A stretch of 64,000 bases of DNA, taken from positions 4,761-68,760 of the forward strand of contig LCKO01000004.1 in NCBI GenBank assembly GCA_001001485.1. Direction: 5' to 3'. Of this stretch, positions 17,537 through 27,459 are shown one piece after another (positions within the stretch are counted from its first letter, which is position 1; each line of letters begins with the position of its first letter). Position numbers and translations under genes: made by a program. The stretch comes from Candidatus Collierbacteria bacterium GW2011_GWB2_45_17. GTDB lineage: Bacteria; Patescibacteriota; Microgenomatia; UBA1400; MFAQ01. Below the pieces are notes generated by a model. The model did no database searches, had not been told where the DNA came from, and worked only from the letters and a program-made list of their open reading frames with translations.

Positions 17537-18940
17537 ATGAAAGTGATGCAGATTACCCCTTTATCGCGAGGAGAACTTCCAAAACCACCAAGTTTTTTTA
17601 AGATGGTAGGGCCCAGCTTTATTTTGCTTGGATTGGGGCTTGGTAGTGGAGAACTGATCTTATGGCCGTATCTGACGGCTAACTACGGACTGGGAATAAT
17701 CTGGGGAGCAATCATGGGGATCACCATGCAGTGGTTTATCAATATGGAGATAAGTCGATATACCCTGGTTACCGGAGAAAGTGTTTTTGTGGGGCTGTCG
17801 AGGAAGATGGGTAGAATAATTCCGATCTGGTTTTTGGTATCCACCATTATTCCTTGGATGTGGCCAGGCATCGTTCTTTCCGGAGCAAAATTATTGGTTG
17901 ATGGTCTGGGATGGGGAGATTCAACTATCATTGCCGGAGTGATGCTGGTGATGATTGGGATTTTTTTGAGTCTAGGCCCCGTACTTTACGGAACTCAGGA
18001 AAAAATGCAAAAGATTCTGCTTTTGGTTGGACTACCTTTCGTTTTGGGACTGTCTTGGTGGTTGGCTACCAGAAATGGTCTGACGGCGCTGAGTCTCGGT
18101 ATCTGGGGTAAGGGTGAGGGCTACTGGTTTTTGCCGGCAGGGGTACAGTTATCGGCTTTTTTGGCGGCGGTGGCTTTCTCCGGCGCCGGAGGAAACTTAA
18201 ATCTTGGACAGTCACAAAATATTAAAGAAAAAGGTTATGGCATGGGACTTGGATCAGGGAGAATCACAAGTTTGTTGACCGGGAGAAAAGAAACGATAGT
18301 CCTGACCGGTAAAGATTTTGAAATAAATAATAACAGTTTAAATATATTTTCAAGATGGTGGAGACTGATGAACTGGGAACAGGGAATTGTTTTTTGGTTG
18401 ACTGGAGTAATATCGATAATTTCGCTATCCCTACTGGCATACGAAACGATCTATGGTAAAACCGGAGGTTTGACCGGAGTTAATTTTATTGTCGCAGAAA
18501 GTGGCTATATCGGATCAGTCACCTCTCTATTTATTGGAAAGGCCTTTTTAATATTATTGGGGCTGATGTTAGTCGCGACTCAGTTTTCGGTAATCGGCAC
18601 GACGACAAAAATATTGGCGGAAAATTGGCTTCTTCTAAACTGGGACAAACATCGTTCTGAAAACTTGCCAAAGTATTTTTATACTCTACTTTGGATGCAA
18701 ATCGGTCTGATGCTGGCGGTTTTAGCATTCGGCTTTAGAGAACCATTACAGCTGGTATTAATCAGTGCGGTGATGAATTCTTGGACGATGGTAATATATT
18801 CCGGTTTGGTACTTTGGCTTAATACTAAAGGCTTGGATAAAAGACTGGCGCCGAGTTATTGGCGTAGAAGTGTACTGCTGGGGGCAATTATCTTTTTGAC
18901 GGTCTTGGGAGTTTTGGCTCTGAAGCAGTTACTTTCTTAG
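17537..18940 (+). CDS. Nramp/APC-like membrane transporter
   Basis: GP......GLGSGE.ILWP, EISRYT..TGES, about 11 TM helices. Confidence 0.8.
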   Translation: MKVMQITPLSRGELPKPPSFFKMVGPSFILLGLGLGSGELILWPYLTANYGLGIIWGAIMGITMQWFINMEISRYTLVTGESVFVGLSRKMGRIIPIWFLVSTIIPWMWPGIVLSGAKLLVDGLGWGDSTIIAGVMLVMIGIFLSLGPVLYGTQEKMQKILLLVGLPFVLGLSWWLATRNGLTALSLGIWGKGEGYWFLPAGVQLSAFLAAVAFSGAGGNLNLGQSQNIKEKGYGMGLGSGRITSLLTGRKETIVLTGKDFEINNNSLNIFSRWWRLMNWEQGIVFWLTGVISIISLSLLAYETIYGKTGGLTGVNFIVAESGYIGSVTSLFIGKAFLILLGLMLVATQFSVIGTTTKILAENWLLLNWDKHRSENLPKYFYTLLWMQIGLMLAVLAFGFREPLQLVLISAVMNSWTMVIYSGLVLWLNTKGLDKRLAPSYWRRSVLLGAIIFLTVLGVLALKQLLS

Positions 18941-19678
18941 TCTGGGACTAATCATCAAGAAACGGGGGACGCGAAAGACATCTGGTTCGATTTTGGCTGA
19001 TAAAAGATTGGGAACGGTAAAGTCTTTGAGAGTGTGAGTATCATCAATTTCGATAATGGCCAGACCGAGATCGGAAAGAAAAATGGGTAGGGTTTTGATG
19101 AGCTGATTAATGAGAGAGGTTCCTTGTGGGCCACCGTCTAGGGCGAGCAAGGGTTCAAAATCTTTGACCGAAGCGTCTAGGATAGAAATATTTTTCGAAG
19201 GGATGTAGGGCAGATTGGCCAGAACGATATCAAACTTTATTTTGGGAAAATTTTCAAGAAGATTGGACTGTTCAAAAAAGAGGTTGACGGTGGAGGGAAG
19301 TAATCTGGAAGCGTTATTTTTGGTCACATCGAGAGCTTGGGGAGAGATGTCGGAGAGATAAATGGTATAGGGGATTTGTTTTTTTTGGAGACTGACTGCC
19401 AGTGAAAGTCCGAGACAGCCGGAACCGGTGCCAACGTCGGCGATGGTTGGATGAGTCAGCTCATGGTTGGCTATAAATTGCTCAACCAACTGGACAATTT
19501 TTTCCGATTCGAGTCGAGGAATGAGGGTTGATTCATTTACCAAGAAGTCCAGACCACAAAACTCGGCGTGACCGGTGAGATATTCTACCGGTTTTTCACC
19601 CAGACTGGGATTTGTGTCCGAAAAGCCATGTTTTCTAAGGTGGTTTACCTCCAGTGGGGTTAAGACGCGTTTGGGCAT
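18929..19678 (-). CDS. prmC: Release-factor glutamine methyltransferase
   Basis: PVEYL.G..EF, LIPR.ESE, DVGTGSG, ANLPYI, EP..ALDGG; start at MPKRV. Confidence 0.9.
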   Translation of the reverse strand: MPKRVLTPLEVNHLRKHGFSDTNPSLGEKPVEYLTGHAEFCGLDFLVNESTLIPRLESEKIVQLVEQFIANHELTHPTIADVGTGSGCLGLSLAVSLQKKQIPYTIYLSDISPQALDVTKNNASRLLPSTVNLFFEQSNLLENFPKIKFDIVLANLPYIPSKNISILDASVKDFEPLLALDGGPQGTSLINQLIKTLPIFLSDLGLAIIEIDDTHTLKDFTVPNLLSAKIEPDVFRVPRFLMISPRLRK

Positions 19679-19682
19679 GGGA

Positions 19683-20438
19683 TTAAGGAGTGGAGAAGGT
19701 GTATTCGGAGGTGGCGACCGGTTTGCCGCCAATTTCCAAAACAATCAGGTATTTGTAGAGGGTACCGGGGAGAAGGCCTTCGACGCTGAGAAGATGATTG
19801 GTTTCCGGAGTGGTGGAGACAGGGTAGGTCTGGGTAAGACCTTCGATAAAACGAATTGAAGTTTTTGCCGGCCTTTGGGTAGAAAAAGAGATAAGCACTT
19901 GGGTAGAAGAGATGGGGGTGATGAGGGGTGAAGTGAGGATTTCGGATGCTTTAGTGCGAGTTTCTTGACTGGTGCCAACTTGCCGGATGATCGAGGGCAG
20001 TAGCGTAGCGAAGGAAAAGATAACCAGTATGGGAATTAGGACGGCAAAAGCCGATCGAAGAGGAATGCCCCAGAGCTTGTGATAATAAATTTTGGACTGC
20101 TGTGCCTGTTTAAAGAGAAGTAATTGATTTTTGGAGAAAAAGTCTCCGTGATTATTGGGGCAGTTATAGACAGTGACGGTCTGAGGAACCGAGTCGTCTT
20201 TGATGCCAGGCATAGTCTGTCCGCATTTAGGACAGATCGGGGTAGTGGCGGGAAAGGTGTGGCTTTTGGGAATGATCGAGTCGATATTTCTGGCTGTTTC
20301 AATGGTAAGAAAATTAGCTAAGTAAGGTTCCAGCAAATGGCCGCCACAGTTAAGGCACTCCGCAACCGAATGAATTTGTCCATCAGAAGTTTCGATTTCG
20401 ATAGCTGAGAGTGGCTGGTGACATTGAGGGCAGTCCAT
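19683..20438 (-). CDS. Double zf-TFIIB-like Zn-ribbon protein with TM helix and FN3-like domain
   Basis: CPQC/CLNC and CPKC/CPNNH pairs; H...GL.PGT.Y.Y. Confidence 0.7.
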   Translation of the reverse strand: MDCPQCHQPLSAIEIETSDGQIHSVAECLNCGGHLLEPYLANFLTIETARNIDSIIPKSHTFPATTPICPKCGQTMPGIKDDSVPQTVTVYNCPNNHGDFFSKNQLLLFKQAQQSKIYYHKLWGIPLRSAFAVLIPILVIFSFATLLPSIIRQVGTSQETRTKASEILTSPLITPISSTQVLISFSTQRPAKTSIRFIEGLTQTYPVSTTPETNHLLSVEGLLPGTLYKYLIVLEIGGKPVATSEYTFSTP

Positions 20439-20471
20439 GGTTCATTTTAACATTCTGGTAAACTGAAGGAT

Positions 20472-21818
20472 ATGCGATTGAAGTTTATGGGAGCGGCCGC
20501 GACCGTAACGGGGTCGAACTTTTTTTTGAGTAGTGAAAAAACCGGATTGATGGTGGATTTTGGTATGTTCCAAGGAAAACCGGAAGAGGTTGAATTGAAT
20601 TCAGTTAAACCAGACATGGATTTTACAAAATTATCGGGAGTGATTCTGACTCATGCACACCTGGATCATTGCGGAAGATTACCGCTTCTAGCCCGTTATG
20701 GTTTTAAAGGGCCTATTTTTATGACAGAGGCGACCAAGGCTTTGGCTGAGCTGGTGCTCTATGACTGCGCGAAGATAGCCAAAGAAGCGGAGGGGAGATC
20801 AATACTTTATACAGATGAAGACGTCGAAGTAATTTTGAAGCAGGTTTCTTTGGTTGAGTACGACAAGCGATTCGACATTGGAGGTTTTACGGTTACCTTG
20901 GTGGATGCCGGTCACATTTTGGGATCGGCTAGCGTAGTGGTGGAAGAGCGCGCTACAGGTAAAAGCGTGGCTTTTAGTGGAGATTTGGGAAATACCCCAG
21001 AGCCGTTACTTTCGCCGACTCACTTTGTAAACAAAGCTAAGGTGGCGGTGGTGGAATCGACTTACGGCGACGAGATACACGGACCAAGAGAGGAGATCGA
21101 AGACTTGGTGAAGATTATTCAAAAGGCAGAAAGAGAAAAGGGGACGGTTTTGATTCCCTCTTTTTCGATAGAGAGAGCGCAAGAACTTTTGTATATTTTT
21201 GATCAGCTGAAGAAGGATGGGAGAATGGCGTATGAAACACCGGTGTTTTTGGATAGTCCAATGGCGATTAAAGCGACAACGATCTTTAAGGATTTTCCGG
21301 TGCTATATAGCCAGAAGCTTAAAGATCAAGTAAAAACGGATGACCCTTTTGATTTTCCGGGTTTGATGATTTGTGACAGTATGGAAAAGAGCAAACAAAT
21401 TAAAAACTATGAAGGAACAAAGGTAATTGTGGCCGGCAGTGGCATGATGAGTGGGGGTAGAGTAGTTCATCATGCCTTAAATTATTTAGAGGATCCCAAA
21501 ACTCAACTGGTTTTTGTTGGCTATCAAGCAGAGGGGACACTGGGAAGAGAAATTTTGGATGGAAAGAAGAGGGTAAATATTTGGCGAAGTCAGGTAGAGG
21601 TTAAGGCAGAGATACTGGAAATTAAGACGATGAGTGCTCATGCCGACCAGGAACAGGTGCTTAATTGGCTAAAGAAGATTGAAGGTTTGGAAGAAGTAGC
21701 TTTGATCCACGGAGAAGACTTGGCGAGATTAGTATTAAGTGAGAAAATTCATCAGGAACTACCGGATGTTAAAGTAATATTACCTATAATCAATCAGGAG
21801 ATTAAAATTGATTCATAA
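20472..21818 (+). CDS. MBL-fold beta-CASP ribonuclease
   Basis: VTGS, THAHLDHCG, AGHILGS, ESTYG, SGM..GGR, SAHAD. Confidence 0.92.
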   Translation: MRLKFMGAAATVTGSNFFLSSEKTGLMVDFGMFQGKPEEVELNSVKPDMDFTKLSGVILTHAHLDHCGRLPLLARYGFKGPIFMTEATKALAELVLYDCAKIAKEAEGRSILYTDEDVEVILKQVSLVEYDKRFDIGGFTVTLVDAGHILGSASVVVEERATGKSVAFSGDLGNTPEPLLSPTHFVNKAKVAVVESTYGDEIHGPREEIEDLVKIIQKAEREKGTVLIPSFSIERAQELLYIFDQLKKDGRMAYETPVFLDSPMAIKATTIFKDFPVLYSQKLKDQVKTDDPFDFPGLMICDSMEKSKQIKNYEGTKVIVAGSGMMSGGRVVHHALNYLEDPKTQLVFVGYQAEGTLGREILDGKKRVNIWRSQVEVKAEILEIKTMSAHADQEQVLNWLKKIEGLEEVALIHGEDLARLVLSEKIHQELPDVKVILPIINQEIKIDS

Positions 21819-22337
21819 ATGAAAAAAATAATTACGATCATCCTTGGTTCGGCTTTATTTTTGTCTGTCGGTGTTGTTTTTGCCCAAGAGTTGACGCTCA
21901 CCAAGGTGGGGGTCTTGTCTACAGTGGGAGTAGATTACAGCTCGATAGACTATACAGGAGCAATCCCGACACTAGAAGGAACAGCTACACCCTCGGCGCA
22001 GGTATTAATTAAAATAAAAACCTCAACCGAGGCGACCGTAGCCGCCAGTCCTAGTGGGGTGTGGAAGTTTACCCCGGGCGTATTAAGTTTGGGGAGTAGT
22101 TCGATTGTGATTACCTCAGGATCTCAATCAATTTCTTTTTCACTGAACTTTAATGCGACACCGGCGGCCACGCCTACCGCGACGGCCACACCGACACCAA
22201 TTCCCGAAGAACTTCCCGATGCCGGAGTTTGGGAGTATTACTTGCCGGTAATTGGTGCAGGAATTTTGGTATTATTTTTAGGAAAATATATCAAAGAAAA
22301 AATGTTGTCCTGGGAAGGTAGGAAGGATGGGAAATAG
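21819..22337 (+). CDS. Exported Ig-like protein with an LPxAG sortase-type anchor
   Basis: Signal peptide, PT linker, ELPDAG + TM helix + basic tail. Confidence 0.7.
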   Translation: MKKIITIILGSALFLSVGVVFAQELTLTKVGVLSTVGVDYSSIDYTGAIPTLEGTATPSAQVLIKIKTSTEATVAASPSGVWKFTPGVLSLGSSSIVITSGSQSISFSLNFNATPAATPTATATPTPIPEELPDAGVWEYYLPVIGAGILVLFLGKYIKEKMLSWEGRKDGK

Positions 22338-22956
22338 AGTTGAGGTAATTTACGATATTGAGACAAAAAGTTTTTTTGACGACACAAATTTTCGGGATCC
22401 GTCTACGCTGGGGATATCAATCGTATCCGCTTACAGGAGGGAAGTCGATAGAGAACTGAATGAAGTTTCCGGAGAGATGAAAAGTTTTTGGGAACGAGAC
22501 TTCGAAAAGATGTGGAGCTGGTTTGAGGAGGCAGATAGAATTATTGGTTACAACTCGTTGGGGTTTGATAATCCGGCGATGAATGGAATTTACACTAGAG
22601 GAGATTTTACCAAATTGAAACACCTTGATATTTTGGATGAGATAAAAAGGGTTTTTGGACATAGAGTGAAGCTCGATAGTGTGGCGAAGGAAACTCTGGG
22701 TCAGGGCAAGATCGCCGGTGGAGCTGAAGCCGTCAAGTGGTGGGAGAAAGGCGATCCCGAGAGCCTGGCCAATCTGAAAAAATACTGTGAAATGGATGTG
22801 GAGGTGACTAGGAAAATTTATGATTATGGACTGAAGAATGGGAAGCTCAAGTTTAAAGACAGGTGGAATGAAATGAGGGAGATAGAGGTAGACTTTTCTT
22901 ATCCTGAAGCGTTGGTGGTCGAAAAGCCAGCAGAAGAGCAAATGGGTCTGTTTTAG
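22327..22956 (+). CDS. RNase H-like (DEDD/YprB-type) exonuclease domain protein
   Basis: YDIET, IGYN..GFD, KLDSVA, YC..DV..T. Confidence 0.85.
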   Translation: MGNRVEVIYDIETKSFFDDTNFRDPSTLGISIVSAYRREVDRELNEVSGEMKSFWERDFEKMWSWFEEADRIIGYNSLGFDNPAMNGIYTRGDFTKLKHLDILDEIKRVFGHRVKLDSVAKETLGQGKIAGGAEAVKWWEKGDPESLANLKKYCEMDVEVTRKIYDYGLKNGKLKFKDRWNEMREIEVDFSYPEALVVEKPAEEQMGLF

Positions 22957-22972
22957 GTGATAAAATACATTT

Positions 22973-23224
22973 ATGGTAAACACAAAAAAGCGTAAAATAC
23001 TCGAGTACAATGCGGTTTTTCAGGCAGAAAATGATGGTGGCTATTCGGTTTGGGTTCCGGGTTTGCCGGGGTGTACTTCTCAGGGGGAGACTTTTGACCT
23101 GGCTATGGAGAATATCCGTGAGGCGATCGGGCTTTATCTGGAGGATGAGCAGACAAAGGTAGAGTTTCCAGATGAGCGAGGTCAACGTCAGTTTTTGATT
23201 CCAGTAACCTATCAATATGCCTAA
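22973..23224 (+). CDS. hicB: HicB family antitoxin (short form)
   Basis: DGGYSV.VP.LPGC.SQGET...A..NI.EAI.LYLE. Confidence 0.9.
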   Translation: MVNTKKRKILEYNAVFQAENDGGYSVWVPGLPGCTSQGETFDLAMENIREAIGLYLEDEQTKVEFPDERGQRQFLIPVTYQYA

Positions 23225-23453
23225 ACTGCCAGTAATTTCGGCACAGGTTTTGATAAGAGTTTTGTTAAAAATTGGCTTTGTGATTATTTCTCAACGAGGG
23301 AGTCATATTAAATTGCGTCGTGAAGTGGGGCGTAAAGTGCAAATGGTGATTGTTCCCAATCACAAGATTCTCAAACCAGGGACGTTGCGTAATGGTATTC
23401 TCAAAGCAATTGACCTATCAGTTGATGAATTAAATCAACTACTCAAAAAATAG
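23217..23453 (+). CDS. hicA: HicA family toxin
   Basis: GF....QRGSH, VP.H..L..GTL..IL. Confidence 0.9.
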   Translation: MPKLPVISAQVLIRVLLKIGFVIISQRGSHIKLRREVGRKVQMVIVPNHKILKPGTLRNGILKAIDLSVDELNQLLKK

Positions 23454-23497
23454 TGTCTCTCAGTCCTAGTGGGGTTGTTATAGAGCAAAATTCGGTT

Positions 23498-24154
23498 ATG
23501 AATAAAGAAATAAATAACAAAACCCTTAGAATACTTATTCTCTGGATGCTAATTTTTGGGGCCGTAGAGGTGTTTTTTCTTAACGTAATAACAATGGATA
23601 ACTATCTAATTGCCATTCCATATTTCCTCACAATTATTTTGATGGTAGTAACGTTTAACAAAACCATATTTAGAATAGTCACAAGAGAGACAAAAACAGA
23701 TAAATACCTACTACTAATTATTCCGCTGATATTGCACGGACTAATATATTGGGTTTGTGTAAAATATCTCAGAGAACCGACCGAGCTCATTAGAAATAAC
23801 TCTGTTTCATTTTTGTCGTTAAACAAATTTTATCTATGGGTAAAACCACTACATGTTTTACTGCAACAAATGATGATTATCGTATTAGTCAAAAAGTTAC
23901 ATCAGAATAATGTTAGTTTGAGAGAAATCATGGTTTTTACTGCCATACTTTTTGGAGCCACTCACATTTATCCTTTTCTGGTAGGTAGTATGACGTTACC
24001 CATTGCCTCATATTTTACAGGCTTTGCAGTTGCTGGATCGATCATATTCCCTCATCAAATTCTAATGGTTAAGAATGGATATCTGAATAATATCATCATG
24101 CACACGATGTTTTATTCTTTGTCAGCTTTGTTGTTTTGGTCATTATATGGATAA
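23498..24154 (+). CDS. Multi-pass membrane protein (possibly CPBP-like)
   Basis: Multiple TM helices, FGATH and MH motifs. Confidence 0.6.
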   Translation: MNKEINNKTLRILILWMLIFGAVEVFFLNVITMDNYLIAIPYFLTIILMVVTFNKTIFRIVTRETKTDKYLLLIIPLILHGLIYWVCVKYLREPTELIRNNSVSFLSLNKFYLWVKPLHVLLQQMMIIVLVKKLHQNNVSLREIMVFTAILFGATHIYPFLVGSMTLPIASYFTGFAVAGSIIFPHQILMVKNGYLNNIIMHTMFYSLSALLFWSLYG

Positions 24155-24188
24155 GTCTATTTAGATTCAAGATAAAAAATATCTAAAG

Positions 24189-24821
24189 ATGTTTATTGAA
24201 GAAAAAGAATTGATAGATGACCAGATAAGAGCGCTTAACATGGATTCGATTATGCTCTTGGATGATCGCTTAGATGAAAACTACACCATTAATTTTGTAT
24301 TGGATAAACCTGAGTGGAGGAAGCTTTATGAAAAACTGACCTGTGAATTTGAGAAGTCTGACAGCGGACTTTATGTGTATCCATTTGAAAGATTGCACAT
24401 GACTTTGCTAGGAAGAATTGATAAGAGGATAGATGAAAACCGAATCGTTGAGACATTGAAAGGTAATTTGGTGGGGAAGACGCTTGTTTTTAAGGTGGGA
24501 TACTTGGCTTGTAATGAGCTGGGAGTGTCAGCGGTTTCGGAACCGGAGTTCGATCTGGCGGAGCTGAGGAATAAAATTAGAAAAGATTTGGATATAAAAG
24601 GAGATGATTATACTAAGTACTTACCTATCTATGAGAGGCTGGGGTGGTTTAACTTTATTAGATTTCAGGACTACCCCGGAGAGAAGTTTTTTGAAACTTT
24701 GTGGAACATGAGGGATTATCAGTTTGGAGAATTCGAGGCAAGAGATGTCGATATTTACCTAAATACCAGCCGGACGATGGATCCGGAGAAGTGCAAGTTG
24801 ATCGAGAAAGTAACTTTTTAG
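24189..24821 (+). CDS. Possible 2H-phosphoesterase-like protein
   Basis: LHMTL motif; second HxT motif degenerate. Confidence 0.5.
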   Translation: MFIEEKELIDDQIRALNMDSIMLLDDRLDENYTINFVLDKPEWRKLYEKLTCEFEKSDSGLYVYPFERLHMTLLGRIDKRIDENRIVETLKGNLVGKTLVFKVGYLACNELGVSAVSEPEFDLAELRNKIRKDLDIKGDDYTKYLPIYERLGWFNFIRFQDYPGEKFFETLWNMRDYQFGEFEARDVDIYLNTSRTMDPEKCKLIEKVTF

Positions 24822-24844
24822 GTCTTTGTGGGCAAATCAGTAGA

Positions 24845-24885
24845 TTGACGGGGAAAAGATACTTGGAGTATAATAGTCCAAGTAT
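24845..24885 (+). promoter_or_regulatory. suf promoter with a palindromic Rrf2/IscR-type operator
   Basis: TTGACG (24845)-18 bp-TATAAT (24869); perfect 9-bp arms ATACTTGGA/TCCAAGTAT (24859-24885) straddle the -10 and abut the ATG. Confidence 0.85.
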
Positions 24886-25272
24886 ATGTTTACACTCACC
24901 AAAAGGGCGGATTATGGACTATCTTTGCTTTCGATCTTGGCTGAAAAAGGCCGAGGGGGTAGAGTTAGTCTTAAAGAACTGGGAGAGATGGGAATGCCGA
25001 GAGCGTTTATGGCCAAGATTGTCACCCCGCTAATTGAGGCTGGAATTTTGAACTCGAAAGAGGGAAGAGGGGGTGGATTTGCTCTTAACTATGATCCTAA
25101 GGAGATTCAGATCAAAGAGGCTCTGGAGGCCATTGAAGGAGAGGTAGAGCCGGTTTCTTGTGGAGGGTGCCCCGCTGGAGACTGTTGCAACCAGCAGGAT
25201 TTTATGGAGAGATTGACGAAAGATATTAATAAATTGTTGGAAAAATATACGTTGGAGGATCTTATCAAATGA
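24886..25272 (+). CDS. Rrf2 family regulator
   Basis: TKRADYG, S.EGRGGGF.L, EAIEG, C-terminal CGGCPAGDCC. Confidence 0.92.
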   Translation: MFTLTKRADYGLSLLSILAEKGRGGRVSLKELGEMGMPRAFMAKIVTPLIEAGILNSKEGRGGGFALNYDPKEIQIKEALEAIEGEVEPVSCGGCPAGDCCNQQDFMERLTKDINKLLEKYTLEDLIK

Positions 25273-25278
25273 ATTATC

Positions 25279-25304
25279 GGGCGACCGCAGAGGGTCGCCC
25301 CTAC
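25279..25304. repeat. GTAG-type REP-like palindrome
   Basis: GGGCGACC-GCAGAG-GGTCGCCC-CTAC (minus strand begins GTAGGGGCGACC). Confidence 0.75.
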
Positions 25305-25310
25305 ACGAAT

Positions 25311-26036
25311 ATGTTAAAGATAAAAAATTTAAAAATTGAAGTTGGTGGAAAAGAAATTTTGAAAGGGGTGGATTTGGAGGTGGGGAAGGGAGAAGTGGTG
25401 GCGTTGATGGGACCGAACGGGTCGGGAAAGTCAAGTTTGTCGAATACCTTGATGGGAAATCCAAACTATGAAATAACTGAAGGAGAGATGATTTTTGAAG
25501 GAAAAAATATCGGAGAAATGTCTCCGGACGAGCGCGCTGGACTAGGGATATTTATGGCCTTTCAGTACCCGGTAGCCATTCCCGGGGTAACGGTCAGAGA
25601 GATGTTGATTACCTCACTTAGGTCTCGTGGACAGGAAGTAAAAGCAATTGATGTCAAAAGACAGGTGGAAGAAATTGCCAAAGAGCTAAGAATAAGTGAA
25701 GATCTTTTGTCTCGAGGACTCAATGAGGGTTTTAGTGGAGGTGAAAAGAAGAAGATGGAAATACTGCAGATGAAGGTTTTGCAACCAAAACTGGCTATTT
25801 TGGATGAGACTGATAGTGGATTGGATCTGGACGCGATGAATTTTGTGGCTTTTGAAGTCCAGAGGCAGATTCAACAAACAGGAATGTCGGTGATTTTGAT
25901 TACCCATTATCAAAAAATGCTGACCCTGATTAATGTAGACAAGGTAGCAGTTTTGAAAAAAGGTTTGGTGGTAGACAGAGGAGGAAAAGAGCTGATAGAA
26001 GAATTAGGAAAAAACGGTTACAAAAAATATGAGTAG
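25311..26036 (+). CDS. sufC: Fe-S assembly ATPase
   Basis: GPNGSGKS, FQYP..IPG, NEGFSGGEKK, LDETDSGLD. Confidence 0.96.
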   Translation: MLKIKNLKIEVGGKEILKGVDLEVGKGEVVALMGPNGSGKSSLSNTLMGNPNYEITEGEMIFEGKNIGEMSPDERAGLGIFMAFQYPVAIPGVTVREMLITSLRSRGQEVKAIDVKRQVEEIAKELRISEDLLSRGLNEGFSGGEKKKMEILQMKVLQPKLAILDETDSGLDLDAMNFVAFEVQRQIQQTGMSVILITHYQKMLTLINVDKVAVLKKGLVVDRGGKELIEELGKNGYKKYE

Positions 26037-27459
26037 ATTTGCCAAAAAAATTGTTGAGGAAAAGAAGAGTACGGAAGGGATTGGAGATACTTATGTTTTG
26101 GGACACAACGATAAATTTGAGTATGCCTATAAATCTGCTAAAGGTATAAGTGAAGCGAGAGTTAGAGAGATTTCGGCGCTGAAAGAAGAGCCGGAGTGGA
26201 TGCTAGAGATCCGCTTGAAAGCTTTGAAGATCTTTTTTGAGAAGAAAATGCCGGAATGGGGTGGGGATATGTCCAAGATAAATTTTGATGAAATTTATTA
26301 TTATTTGAAGCCACTTAATAAACCCGGTAAAACTTGGGATGAGGTACCCGCAGAAATAAAAGCCACCTTTGAAAAGATTGGAGTACCGCAAGCAGAAAGA
26401 GAGGCGCTCGCGGGAGTAAAAAGCCAGTACGACTCGGAAGTGATTTATGGATCTCTTCGGAAAAGTCTGTCTGACAAGGGAGTAGTTTTCTTGGGAATGG
26501 ACGAGGGACTTAAACAATATCCAGACTTAGTCAAAGAATATTTTGGCAAAGTAATTCCGATGGGAGACAACAAATTGGCGGCATTAAATACTGCCGCTTG
26601 GTCGGGAGGGTCCTTTGTCTATGTTCCCAAAGGAGTAGATGTAGAACTTCCCCTACAAACATATTTCCGAATCAACAGCGAGAACGCAGGACAGTTTGAA
26701 AGAACTTTGATCATCTTAGACGAAGGGGCGAATTTGCACTATATCGAAGGTTGTAGTGCATCCAGTTATTCTTCTGGATCGCTACATGCGGCAGTGGTGG
26801 AGATATTTGTGAAGAAAGGAGCCAAAATGCAGTACACTACGGTCCAAAATTGGTACAAAAATGTTTATAACTTGGTAACCAAGAGAGCGTGGGTGGAGGA
26901 GGAAGGGTTGATGAGATGGATAGACGGAAACTTGGGAAGTAAATTAACTCAAAAATATCCTTGTTGTATCTTGGCCGGGAGAAAGGCTAGAGGTGAAATC
27001 CTCTCGATTGCTTGGGCTGGGGCTGACCAACACCAAGACACCGGAGCAAAGATGATTCATTTGGCGCCAGAGACCACTTCGCAAATTTTGTCGAAGTCAA
27101 TTAGTAAGGGTGGAGGAAGAGCGACTTATCGGGGTTTGGTACAGATAAATAAAGGAGCCAAAGGGGCGAGATCCAAAGTGGTTTGTGATGCGCTGATACT
27201 TGACTCTAAGTCGAGGTCGGACACTTACCCGACAAATAAAATTATGGAGAATGAGTCAACGCTGGAGCATGAAGCGGTGGTGAGCAGAATATCGGAGGAT
27301 CAACTTTTCTATTTGATGTCCCGAGGAATTTCGGAGCATGAAGCGGAAGGGATGATTGTCAATGGGTTTCTTGAACCAGTGATGAGAGAGGTGCCGTTTG
27401 AGTACGCAATTGAGATGAACAGATTAGTTAATTTGGAGATGGAAGGGAGTGTGGGATGA
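26029..27459 (+). CDS. sufB: Fe-S assembly scaffold
   Basis: YFRIN...GQFERTL, YIEGC, LHAAVVE, QLFYLMSRG. Confidence 0.97.
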   Translation: MSRFAKKIVEEKKSTEGIGDTYVLGHNDKFEYAYKSAKGISEARVREISALKEEPEWMLEIRLKALKIFFEKKMPEWGGDMSKINFDEIYYYLKPLNKPGKTWDEVPAEIKATFEKIGVPQAEREALAGVKSQYDSEVIYGSLRKSLSDKGVVFLGMDEGLKQYPDLVKEYFGKVIPMGDNKLAALNTAAWSGGSFVYVPKGVDVELPLQTYFRINSENAGQFERTLIILDEGANLHYIEGCSASSYSSGSLHAAVVEIFVKKGAKMQYTTVQNWYKNVYNLVTKRAWVEEEGLMRWIDGNLGSKLTQKYPCCILAGRKARGEILSIAWAGADQHQDTGAKMIHLAPETTSQILSKSISKGGGRATYRGLVQINKGAKGARSKVVCDALILDSKSRSDTYPTNKIMENESTLEHEAVVSRISEDQLFYLMSRGISEHEAEGMIVNGFLEPVMREVPFEYAIEMNRLVNLEMEGSVG

